Shown here piece after piece: positions 8,599 through 16,286 of a stretch of DNA of 64,000 bases (the stretch's first letter is position 1; every line of letters begins with the position of its first letter). Position numbers and translations under genes: made by a program. The notes below the pieces were generated by a model. That model was given only the letters and a program-made list of their open reading frames with translations. It was not told where the DNA came from and did not search any database. The stretch comes from Patescibacteria group bacterium UBA6017. Lineage in GTDB: Bacteria; Patescibacteriota; Saccharimonadia; UBA4664. The DNA lies in the NCBI GenBank assembly GCA_002429485.1, contig DIZX01000016.1:14889-78888 (forward strand), read 5' to 3'.

Positions 8599-9381
8599 AT
8601 GAATAATCCCGACTCAGACCTCCTTCAACTACTGAAGTCCGCACCAGAGCGCATCGGCTGGGATTTTAGTCGTATAAAAGATGACGTTGAGCCTCGCCCA
8701 TGGGATTATCTATCGATTGTCAAAGCCTGGTTATCTAAGTCTGACCACGTTCTAGACTTAGATACAGGTGGGGGTGAAAAATTTATTGCCTTAGCCGACT
8801 GCTACAAGTCTGGCTTTGCAACCGACTCGTCCGCCGAGCAGATTCAAGTTTGCAATCAAAATCTAGCCGTATCATTACGGAATAATATTCAGTTTGTGCA
8901 GTCCGACGCCCGCAAACTTACTGCGTTTGATGATGCCTCTTTCGATAAAGTCATCAATCGTCACGGCGCATTCTCATTGGCTGAGGCTTATAGAGTTCTC
9001 AAGCCAGGTGGGATATTTATTACTCAACAAGTTGGCGAAAAGAATACCTTGAACGTTTACGGCGCCTTTGGGTACTCGGACGCCACCGCCTATTGGCGTT
9101 CACGCGATGTCGAGACGGAGACTTGGTCGAGCATTGTAGAAGGGCTGATAAAGTCGGATTTCGAAGTGGTAGCGAAAGGCGAGTACAATTTAGATTATTA
9201 CTTCCTTGGCAACGAGAGTTTTATTTTTTGGCTGAAAGCGATCGAGATACCGTATCCTTTCGAACCGGAACAGCACGTTGAAATCATAAAAAAGTTCATT
9301 GCTGAAAACCAAACTGAACGGGGCATTAAAACCAATGAGCAGAGGCATCTGCTCATTTTACGGAAACCTAGGCATAACTAG
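8599..9381 (+). CDS. Class I SAM-dependent methyltransferase.
   Basis: Motif I VLDLDTGGGE. Acidic motif II. LKPGGIF motif. A -10-like TATAAT lies 13 nt upstream. Confidence 0.7.
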   Translation: MNNPDSDLLQLLKSAPERIGWDFSRIKDDVEPRPWDYLSIVKAWLSKSDHVLDLDTGGGEKFIALADCYKSGFATDSSAEQIQVCNQNLAVSLRNNIQFVQSDARKLTAFDDASFDKVINRHGAFSLAEAYRVLKPGGIFITQQVGEKNTLNVYGAFGYSDATAYWRSRDVETETWSSIVEGLIKSDFEVVAKGEYNLDYYFLGNESFIFWLKAIEIPYPFEPEQHVEIIKKFIAENQTERGIKTNEQRHLLILRKPRHN

Positions 9382-9399
9382 CCCAACCCCTGCATCTGA

Positions 9400-9438
9400 G
9401 CGTATCGTAGTTCGAACAACGTTAACCATGCTCCACCA
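9400..9438. repeat. Copy 2 of the ~39-bp repeat ending in ATGCTCCACCA.
   Basis: gcgtatcgtagttcgaacaacgttaaccatgctccacca is about 80% identical to copy 3. Confidence 0.7.
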
Positions 9439-9482
9439 TATAGCCATATTTACTGCGTTTCAGCGCAATATAGCATTACATC

Positions 9483-9502
9483 AAGAGCCGTGAGGCTCTT
9501 TT
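9483..9502 (+). terminator. Hairpin GAGCC-GTGA-GGCTC followed by a T-run. Intrinsic terminator module, shared with the copy at 9997-10022.
   Basis: aagagccgtgaggctcttttggtat: perfect 5-6 bp GC-rich stem, GTGA loop, T-run. Confidence 0.55.
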
Positions 9503-9551
9503 GGTATATCTCAATTTTAGAATCGAAAAATAACTTTGCTAGAATAAATGC

Positions 9552-9896
9552 ATGAAGTTTGTAAATCAATCCCAAGCAGTCGAATTCCGTAACGGTGATA
9601 CCTGTGTCGCATTAGAGTATCAGCTAAATGACGCCGATATCAACGGAGCGGTAATTCGACTATCTGGGCGCTATCCAGAGCAAGGTTTTGCTGTTAATGA
9701 AGTATCGAAAGAACTGGTGTATGTCGTCAAAGGCCAAGGGACGCTTACCGTTGGTGAGACTAGTACTCGTTTAAGTGAAGGTGACATGGCATTGCTTATG
9801 CCTGGCGAGAAGTATTTCTTCGATGGTGAGCTTGTAATGATGATGCCCTGCGCCCCAGCCTGGACGCCGCAGCAGCATAAACTGGTTAGCGATTAA
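9552..9896 (+). CDS. Cupin-domain protein.
   Basis: Small beta-barrel protein with a Gx5HxHx...E-like region (RLSGRYPEQGFAVNE ... LMPGEKYFFDGE). 114 aa. Confidence 0.5.
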   Translation: MKFVNQSQAVEFRNGDTCVALEYQLNDADINGAVIRLSGRYPEQGFAVNEVSKELVYVVKGQGTLTVGETSTRLSEGDMALLMPGEKYFFDGELVMMMPCAPAWTPQQHKLVSD

Positions 9897-9945
9897 TCAC
9901 AGACCGAGGATTCAAAGCATAGCCGACCTCAACCCCCGCTTCGGC

Positions 9946-9984
9946 GCGCATCTTGGTTCGAACAATGCTAATAATGCTCCACCA
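9946..9984. repeat. Copy 3 of the ~39-bp repeat ending in ATGCTCCACCA.
   Basis: gcgcatcttggttcgaacaatgctaataatgctccacca. Contains GGTTCGAAC (T-loop-like) and ends in CTCCACCA. Confidence 0.7.
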
Positions 9985-9996
9985 GCACTAATTAAT

Positions 9997-10022
9997 AAAA
10001 AAGAGCCGTGAGGCTCTTTTTT
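9997..10022. terminator. Bidirectional intrinsic terminator between the convergent cupin gene and guaB. Same hairpin sequence as at 9483.
   Basis: aaaaaagagccgtgaggctctttttt: A-run, GC stem, T-run. Lies between the cupin stop (9896) and the guaB stop (10077). Confidence 0.65.
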
Positions 10023-10076
10023 ATTAAATCGCAGGATTTAAGACCGCAGTTAGTAATGCTCAATAAGCCTGGCCGC

Positions 10077-11591
10077 CTAAGTGCGAACCCCAGATCCGGA
10101 CTCATCCTGGACGATATTGCTCGTACCGCCTTCTACGATTGACTGCCCCGAAACCAGCGTCAGGACTGCATTCTCGGTAAACTCTTTCAAATTCAATGAG
10201 CCTAGGTTGCACATAGTGGAGCGCAGTTTTCCGATAGTTACGCTCAGCATGTCTTTCACCGGCCCGATTACGGGTACATACCCATCAATTCCTTCTTCGA
10301 ACAGCAGGCCGTCGACGGTCTTGCCTTCGCTGTAGCGCTGCCAGTTGCGAGCTCGGTTCGATCCCTCGCCCCAATATGGCTTGAAGATGCTGTTCTTGAT
10401 GGTCACTTTCTGCGTTGGGCTCTCGTCGCTCATCGCGAAGTATCGCCCCATCATCACAAAGTCAGCGCCCATCGCCAGAGCAATAATAATCTGCGTGTCA
10501 TTAGCCAGCCCGCCATCCGAGCAGATTGGAATATAAATCCCTGTCTCTTCGAGGTATCGGTTGCGTTCAGCCACAACGTCCAATAGCGCGGAGGCCTGGC
10601 CCCGGCCAATGCCTTTTTGTTCGCGGGTAATGCAGATGGATCCGCCGCCGATGCCAACCTTGACGAAGTCGACTTTGGCTTCTTCTGCCAGATATCGAAA
10701 ACCCTCTGCCGAGACAACGTTGCCGGCGCCTATAACAATCGAATCGCCGTACTTCTCCCGAGCCCAGAGTGCGGCATCGCGTTGGTATTCAGAGAAACCA
10801 TCCGAGGAATCAAATGCAACAATATCTACTCCTGCCTCCATCAGCGCCGGCAGTCGGACTTCGTAGTCGTGAGTATTTATACCTGCGGCCGCTACTAACC
10901 TCTTTTCGTTGTCGAGCAGCTCAAGCGGGTTGTTCTTGTGGGCAACATAATCTTTCTTGAACACAATCGAGTTCAGCTTGCCGTCTTTTTCCAAAATCGG
11001 CAGAGCTTCTTTTTTGTGTTTATGGAGCAATTCATTTGCCGATCTGAGCCCAATTCCTATTTCGCCGAAAATTACCTTTTCTTTTGGCGTCATGTGCGAG
11101 CTGACTATCGAGCTAAGATCGTCTTCAAACTCCCAGAAATCGTTATCAGTAATAATTCCCTCGAACATGCCGGTGGGCGAGCCGTCGCTGGTGACCGCAA
11201 CCGTTGAGTGCCCTTCGCGGCGCATGAGATCCAGCAATTCACGCAAGGTTGCGCCTGGTTTGACGTTTAAGGTGCTCTTAACGAACCCGGCTTTGTGCAA
11301 TTTAATCTTGGAGATCATCGCGGCCTGGGCTTCGATTGTCTGCGAACAGAATACAAAAGCCGCCCCGCCCTGTCGGGCCAGGGCTACGCCCATATCAACC
11401 CCGGAGACGGCCTGCATGCTGGCAGATACCACTGGAAGATTCAACTGGAGCCGACTCGTCTCGCCCTTCTTAAATTTGGCAACGGGCGCCAAGAGGGAGA
11501 CATTCGAGGTCATATGAATCTTTTTTGTGAGCCGGGGGATTAAAAGATACTCAGAAAACGTTCGGGAAAAACCATCAAGTACATGTGACAT
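10077..11591 (-). CDS. guaB: Inosine-5'-monophosphate dehydrogenase.
   Basis: Catalytic loop GIGGGSICITREQKGIGRGQ. CBS-domain insert. N-terminal TFSEYLLIP. The ORF-track start at 11729 looks over-extended. The Met at 11591 (MSHVLDGFSRTF...) matches the conserved IMPDH N-terminus. Confidence 0.9.
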   Translation of the reverse strand: MSHVLDGFSRTFSEYLLIPRLTKKIHMTSNVSLLAPVAKFKKGETSRLQLNLPVVSASMQAVSGVDMGVALARQGGAAFVFCSQTIEAQAAMISKIKLHKAGFVKSTLNVKPGATLRELLDLMRREGHSTVAVTSDGSPTGMFEGIITDNDFWEFEDDLSSIVSSHMTPKEKVIFGEIGIGLRSANELLHKHKKEALPILEKDGKLNSIVFKKDYVAHKNNPLELLDNEKRLVAAAGINTHDYEVRLPALMEAGVDIVAFDSSDGFSEYQRDAALWAREKYGDSIVIGAGNVVSAEGFRYLAEEAKVDFVKVGIGGGSICITREQKGIGRGQASALLDVVAERNRYLEETGIYIPICSDGGLANDTQIIIALAMGADFVMMGRYFAMSDESPTQKVTIKNSIFKPYWGEGSNRARNWQRYSEGKTVDGLLFEEGIDGYVPVIGPVKDMLSVTIGKLRSTMCNLGSLNLKEFTENAVLTLVSGQSIVEGGTSNIVQDESGSGVRT

Positions 11592-11647
11592 ACCCCAGTC
11601 TAGCCTTAAATACCTCGTACTGTAAACACCGATCCGAGATGAAGTGC

Positions 11648-12253
11648 CTAGCCTCGTATAGCTGCCCAGCCCTCTCGATAGCCGTAAAATACGATCACAA
11701 ATCCAGCCAGCGGGTCTGCCCACCACCACCCCAACAGGGGATTTAAGATAATTCCTATCAGAACTGCCGCCGCCAGATAGGCATCAATGAGCGTGACCCT
11801 GCCTTCGGTCTGGAGAACGGCATTGTCCAATTTCTTCCCCACGCTCATTTTGCTAAACGCGAGCAGCAGCATGGCAATAAATGTCACTAATGTCCAAATA
11901 ATCCCGATACTTGATGGCTGCGGACGGAAACCGCTCAACAATACCGTAATCGATTGTGCCGCAATGTATGTCGCCAACAGCATGAAGGCAATGCCGATCA
12001 TTTTCATCGCACGTCGCTGGGAGTGTTCCTTGATCTTTTTAAGTTCCCAAACCACAACCACGGATGCAAAAATCTCGACCAGGCTATCAAGCCCGAAACC
12101 GGCGAGCGCTACGGAGCCCGATTTAAGCGCGGCATATACGAGAATCATTACGCCGACGACATTCCAAGATAGCGTGATGTATTCCAGCCATAAGCCTTGC
12201 CGCAGAAGTTTTGAAGTGTGAGCGAGGCTAGTCATTGCCCAGAATTGTCGCAC
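11648..12253 (-). CDS. Cation-diffusion-facilitator-like membrane protein (transmembrane domain only).
   Basis: Six predicted TM helices. SVALAGFGLDSLVE resembles the CDF metal-site motif SxALxADxxHxxxD. 201 aa, with no cytoplasmic C-terminal domain. Confidence 0.5.
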   Translation of the reverse strand: MRQFWAMTSLAHTSKLLRQGLWLEYITLSWNVVGVMILVYAALKSGSVALAGFGLDSLVEIFASVVVVWELKKIKEHSQRRAMKMIGIAFMLLATYIAAQSITVLLSGFRPQPSSIGIIWTLVTFIAMLLLAFSKMSVGKKLDNAVLQTEGRVTLIDAYLAAAVLIGIILNPLLGWWWADPLAGFVIVFYGYREGWAAIRG

Positions 12254-12329
12254 GAATAATGGTTATCCCCAAGGAGCCAGCGGCAAGATATCAAAATAAG
12301 GCATAAGACTTTTTTGTTATACTTTCCCT

Positions 12330-12731
12330 ATGCGTAAGTTTGTCTACCAGAAATTCATACGGGATAAGATCCTCGACCACATGCTCGGCCAGGGCGAGCA
12401 GCCCGAGCACCATATTTTGAATGACCAAGATTATCTCCTTGAGTTAAAGAACAAAATTCTCGAAGAAGGTTCCGAAATCACGCTTGATGATCACGATAAA
12501 CTGCTCGAGGAGCTAGCTGACTTGCAGGAAGTCATAGATTGTATGCTCAATGCTATCGGCGAGAACTCTCATGCAGTCAAAGAGATTCAGGATAAGAAAA
12601 ATTCAAAACTCGGCTCGTTTGGTAAAAGAGTCTTCATCGACACCGTAGCGATACCGGATGGCAATGAGTGGATCAAGTATCTTGAGTCCAACCCCGATCG
12701 TTATCCTGAAATAAAGGGAGATATAAATTAG
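12330..12731 (+). CDS. MazG/HisE-like nucleoside triphosphate pyrophosphohydrolase-fold protein.
   Basis: EExxE-type helical motif LLEELADLQEVIDCML. Small, all-alpha. Low-GC codon usage. Confidence 0.45.
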   Translation: MRKFVYQKFIRDKILDHMLGQGEQPEHHILNDQDYLLELKNKILEEGSEITLDDHDKLLEELADLQEVIDCMLNAIGENSHAVKEIQDKKNSKLGSFGKRVFIDTVAIPDGNEWIKYLESNPDRYPEIKGDIN

Positions 12732-12732
12732 C

Positions 12733-12990
12733 ATGATCAAACCATATCCCCTAGTCGGAGTGTACGAACACTACAAGAGCACGGCCCAGAGCCGACGCTA
12801 CTATCAAGTAATTGGCTTTGCGAAGCATACCGAGACCGAAGAAATCCTAGCCGTTTATGTGCCGCTGTATGTTATCCCGGAGCATACTGGACTTCGCCTG
12901 CAGGTGCGCCCACTCGAGATGTTCGTGGAAGACGTTGAGCTGGGCGGCAAACATATGCCGCGGTTCAGATACATCGGACCGGAACTCTAG
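12733..12990 (+). CDS. Small conserved hypothetical protein (DUF1653-like).
   Basis: Separated from the previous gene by one base. 85 aa. No catalytic motif recognised. Confidence 0.4.
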   Translation: MIKPYPLVGVYEHYKSTAQSRRYYQVIGFAKHTETEEILAVYVPLYVIPEHTGLRLQVRPLEMFVEDVELGGKHMPRFRYIGPEL

Positions 12991-13056
12991 GCCTAAAACC
13001 TCAATGTCAGCAGCAAAATATGCTACCATAAGCAAGATAACAGGTAGCCGCCAGCC

Positions 13057-13263
13057 ATGGACGTTCGAGCCAAATCCAAAGACACATCCACCTCCCGCCT
13101 CAGTGACAATTTTCTTTCTGATATCGTTCGCCCCCGCACCAAGCACGTCTCATATGGTGACGGCTTTCGGTTTGGCATCGGCCTCATCACCGCCCAACTG
13201 CTCGTCGTACTCATCGTGGGCGGCTTGGCCTGGGGCATTGTAGCGGCATTTAAGCTTCATTAG
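13057..13263 (+). CDS. Possible small membrane protein (68 aa).
   Basis: C-terminal TM helix GIGLITAQLLVVLIVGGLAWGIVAAF. Overlaps alternative-frame ORFs. Weak call. Confidence 0.25.
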   Translation: MDVRAKSKDTSTSRLSDNFLSDIVRPRTKHVSYGDGFRFGIGLITAQLLVVLIVGGLAWGIVAAFKLH

Positions 13264-13327
13264 TTGCCTGCTTTACTTGCTTAAACCCCTATATTTTGGT
13301 AATGTTCTGTCTTGTTAGATCATACGT

Positions 13328-13403
<76 letters not shown>

Positions 13404-13408
13404 TAATA

Positions 13409-13437
13409 AGTACCCGGAACCCAACGCCGGGTGCTTT
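13409..13437 (+). terminator. Hairpin plus T-run downstream of tRNA-Ala. Part of a repeat that is also found at 14529-14575.
   Basis: cccggaacccaacgccgggtgctttttatttg: stem CCCGG/CCGGG followed by a T-rich tail. Confidence 0.5.
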
Positions 13438-13616
13438 TTATTTGAGTGTATTATTTGGCAGTGCCTACGCTCAAAACCGCTTGAATATGTTATAACTATC
13501 CACACCCCATCGCCTGCACCAAGAAATGGAGAGGCCGTGGTGAGTACCTTGAGTCAGATCGACAACAACAAGACGCAGGCTGCATCAGGCACCTACTAGC
13601 CGGGAGGCGAAGTGTT

Positions 13617-14384
13617 ATGGCACGAACAGAAATAGTTTGTCCAAATTGCGTTCTTGGTCGTATTTACCTGGACGATGGGCGCTCCGCCATTTGTCCCACA
13701 TGCAAAGGGAAGCGAGTCGTACGAACGTTGGACCGACCCGTAACCGAGCTGAATGTTCTTCAAGAACTCGATCGGGTGGGAGCCGTCCTACTCGACCGAC
13801 ACTTCGTCTACAACAGCAATAGGCACGGCTCCGGCTACATCAACATGGATCCGTTGTTCCCCAATACGGGGCTTGTTGCCTCGATCTGCGCGCAGCTTGT
13901 CCGTCCGTTCGAAGGTGACTTCGATACGGTGGTGAGTCCGGCAACCGGCGGGGTGGTGCTTGCGTTTGCCAGTGCCAGCCAGACCCCCGGCAAGAAACCG
14001 GCCGCAGTCTGGGCCGACAAGAGCGGTGACGACTTTCGCTTCGAGCGGGCAGGCTTCGTCGCCCATCTGAGAGGAAAGCGGGTTCTGGTGGTCGAGGATC
14101 TACTCACCACCGGCGGCTCGGTGATAAAGGTCTGCCGCGAGGCCGAGCAGCATGGCGCCGAGATTATCGGTGTCAGCGTCATCTGCAACCGAGGCGGCAT
14201 TGCCGCTGAGCAGCTAGGTGTATCCCGCCTGGTAGCTCTCGCCAGTGTCAATTTCGCAGCTGCCGTTCCTTTCGAATGCGATCTTTGCGCCACCGGCGTT
14301 CCAATCGTCGAGGACATCGGTCACGGTATGAAATACAAGGCCGAGCATCCTGACTACACGGGTGGCTTCATCAAGCTGCTCTGA
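13617..14384 (+). CDS. Type I phosphoribosyltransferase (OPRTase-like) with an N-terminal CxxC...CxxC zinc ribbon.
   Basis: PRPP-binding motif VLVVEDLLTTGGS. N-terminal CPNC...CPTC. Higher GC than its flanks. Confidence 0.65.
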   Translation: MARTEIVCPNCVLGRIYLDDGRSAICPTCKGKRVVRTLDRPVTELNVLQELDRVGAVLLDRHFVYNSNRHGSGYINMDPLFPNTGLVASICAQLVRPFEGDFDTVVSPATGGVVLAFASASQTPGKKPAAVWADKSGDDFRFERAGFVAHLRGKRVLVVEDLLTTGGSVIKVCREAEQHGAEIIGVSVICNRGGIAAEQLGVSRLVALASVNFAAAVPFECDLCATGVPIVEDIGHGMKYKAEHPDYTGGFIKLL

Positions 14385-14493
14385 ACACCTAGCAGTAGGT
14401 GGGTACTCAGTTCCAGGGGCACCTCTGGGGCTGAGTCTCAACCCAAGGTCTCAAATATTTGAGGGCTTAGGCAGAGTACTTGTCGGCGCTGAA

Positions 14494-14575
14494 AAAGTGT
14501 AGCTAACCCCAATCTCCACCAATAAAAACACCCGGAACTTTAGCGTCGGGTGTTGTTTATTTGGGTTTGTATTAC
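14494..14575. repeat. Degenerate duplicate of the tRNA-Ala 3' end plus its downstream terminator (attR-like).
   Basis: gtgtagctaaccccaatctccaccaataaaaacacccggaactttagcgtcgggtgttgtttatttgggtttgtatta aligns with 13391-13450 (tgtagctccaccataataagtacccggaacccaacgccgggtgctttttatttgagtgtatta). Confidence 0.55.
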
Positions 14576-14614
14576 GAGAAGGGCCAGTGTGGCTTTTTTT
14601 GTTATGATCTACGA

Positions 14615-15175
14615 ATGGCGCCACAACCAAATCATCTAAGCTACCCGTCGTTTATCACAAGCTTTATCAAGATCGGATTCCAGGCCTTTGGCGGCTCGGC
14701 GACCACGGCTTCACTTATGGAGCAATTCATTGGGGATAGACTTTCGAAGCAGCAAATCCACGCGGCGTACGCCTACGCTCTCATCCTGCCCGGGGCTTCG
14801 CAGGTCGCCATTGTCTCCAACGTAGGGTACCGGCTCAAGGGTAGATGGGGAGCGCTGGTTGCGACCATCTGCTACTTACTGCCCTCGCTTAGCCTCATTA
14901 CAGCCTTTGCCGTGGTCTACTTTGGCTTCACCGGCGGAACGCATACTACAACTCACCTAAGTGGAGTTCTTGCGGCGCTTGCGGGAATCATGCTCTCAAA
15001 CTCGCAAAGGGTGGGCAAATCAAACGCCACCAGTAGCTGGATGTGGGTGCCGGTTTTATGCGCTTTCGTAGCCAGCTTCCTCCTGCATATAAACGCCACC
15101 CTAATTCTCTTATGCTCTGGAACTGCGGCAATGAGCCTGTATCTGCTAGCAAAAAGGCCGCACATATGGAGATGA
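14615..15175 (+). CDS. Chromate-transporter (CHR) family short-chain protein, first of a pair.
   Basis: KIGFQAFGGSAT (the CHR GxxxFGG motif). Multi-TM. The start was moved to the ATG at 14615 so it does not run into the upstream terminator repeat. Confidence 0.6.
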   Translation: MAPQPNHLSYPSFITSFIKIGFQAFGGSATTASLMEQFIGDRLSKQQIHAAYAYALILPGASQVAIVSNVGYRLKGRWGALVATICYLLPSLSLITAFAVVYFGFTGGTHTTTHLSGVLAALAGIMLSNSQRVGKSNATSSWMWVPVLCAFVASFLLHINATLILLCSGTAAMSLYLLAKRPHIWR

Positions 15176-15693
15176 TTGCAACCCTGGTCCATTTCTTTCT
15201 CACGATGCTCTACATTAGCCTCATAGCTTTTGGCGGTAGCGCGCAGCCGCTCTTCGAGCAGTTCACTGTTTTGCAAAATCACTGGTTATCACAAACCGAC
15301 TTCGCAGCTGTATTGGCCTTTGGCTATTCAACCCCCGGCCCCGCCGTATTTGGGACAGCTGCCTTTATCGGATACCGCCTAGCCGGACTCCCCGGAGCGG
15401 TTGTTGGGAGCGTAGGAATATTTACGGTCCCGCTCTTAGCGTCATTAATTACGGCCAAATATCTCACGACCATCCTGGAAAAACCATCTGCCAAAGCGTT
15501 CATAAGGGGCGTCGGACTGGCAGCCTCCGGATTGCTGGCAGCCACTGCACTGCATATTGCCGGCCCAAACTGGCTCCATCCAGCCAATTTTGCCATCATG
15601 CTCTTGGCATACATACTCCTTACCCGCAAACTTTCTAACCCGCTACTCCTGCTTGTGGGCGGCGGACTAGTGACTACAATTTTTGGGATATAG
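15166..15693 (+). CDS. Chromate-transporter (CHR) family short-chain protein, second of the pair.
   Basis: ISLIAFGGSAQP motif. Multi-TM. Its start overlaps the first gene's stop in ATGGAGATGA. The ORF-track start at 15043 is probably too far upstream. Confidence 0.6.
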   Translation: MEMIATLVHFFLTMLYISLIAFGGSAQPLFEQFTVLQNHWLSQTDFAAVLAFGYSTPGPAVFGTAAFIGYRLAGLPGAVVGSVGIFTVPLLASLITAKYLTTILEKPSAKAFIRGVGLAASGLLAATALHIAGPNWLHPANFAIMLLAYILLTRKLSNPLLLLVGGGLVTTIFGI

Positions 15694-15746
15694 GCCGCCT
15701 GCTTTTATTTGGCCAAGGCAGTAATCGTCAATCTGTCCAACGGCAG

Positions 15747-16208
15747 GTGAGCCATAGATGCTCTAAGATATGTGCAATTACTCCAAATGGAGCGATTGCA
15801 CATGAATATCGTCCGCAGCCTTGCTCGGACTCGAGTTTCGAAGGAGGGGAAATGCCCGCCAAACCACCCAACTACCCGGAGGCGCGAAGTCTAGTCGACC
15901 AAATTCGGACGCAAATGTCCATCATTCCCCAAGCCCGCGGCATCAGTATTATCCCCGGCGAGCAGGAACCGTATATCGTCTTTCGAGACAACGACGGAGA
16001 CCTGCGCTACGCGGATATCAGTCTGATCATCAAAGACCCTGTCGTCTTACGGCAGGTCACGTCGATGTGCTGGCAGCTGAGAGAACTTCTCCCGGACCAG
16101 CCCGACATCTTCCAAGGGGAGGCTGCATATGAGCAAGCCGAGCGAGAGCTCCGTGGTCAGTACGGCATTGAATTCTGCGGTGTCAACGGCCTCCGCATTT
16201 TGCCCTAA
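15747..16208 (+). CDS. Hypothetical protein.
   Basis: Open frame with consistent codon usage. No recognisable motif. The true start may be the internal Met (MPAKPPNYPE). Confidence 0.35.
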   Translation: MSHRCSKICAITPNGAIAHEYRPQPCSDSSFEGGEMPAKPPNYPEARSLVDQIRTQMSIIPQARGISIIPGEQEPYIVFRDNDGDLRYADISLIIKDPVVLRQVTSMCWQLRELLPDQPDIFQGEAAYEQAERELRGQYGIEFCGVNGLRILP

Positions 16209-16286
16209 TGATCACCCCGGTACTGGTGTCTTCGGACGCCGGCACCGGGCCTACCCCGACATTTCAACTGCGGTTGAAGTTTCAGG

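Noticed and set aside
10957-11729. Plus-strand ORFs (186 aa, 82 aa) within guaB, and the N-terminal 46-codon extension of the guaB ORF itself.
   Set aside because: The internal plus-strand ORFs are antisense to IMPDH. The extension precedes the conserved IMPDH N-terminus (MSHVLDG...TFSEYLLIP) and would run into the convergent neighbouring gene's 3' region. The start was therefore reassigned to 11591.
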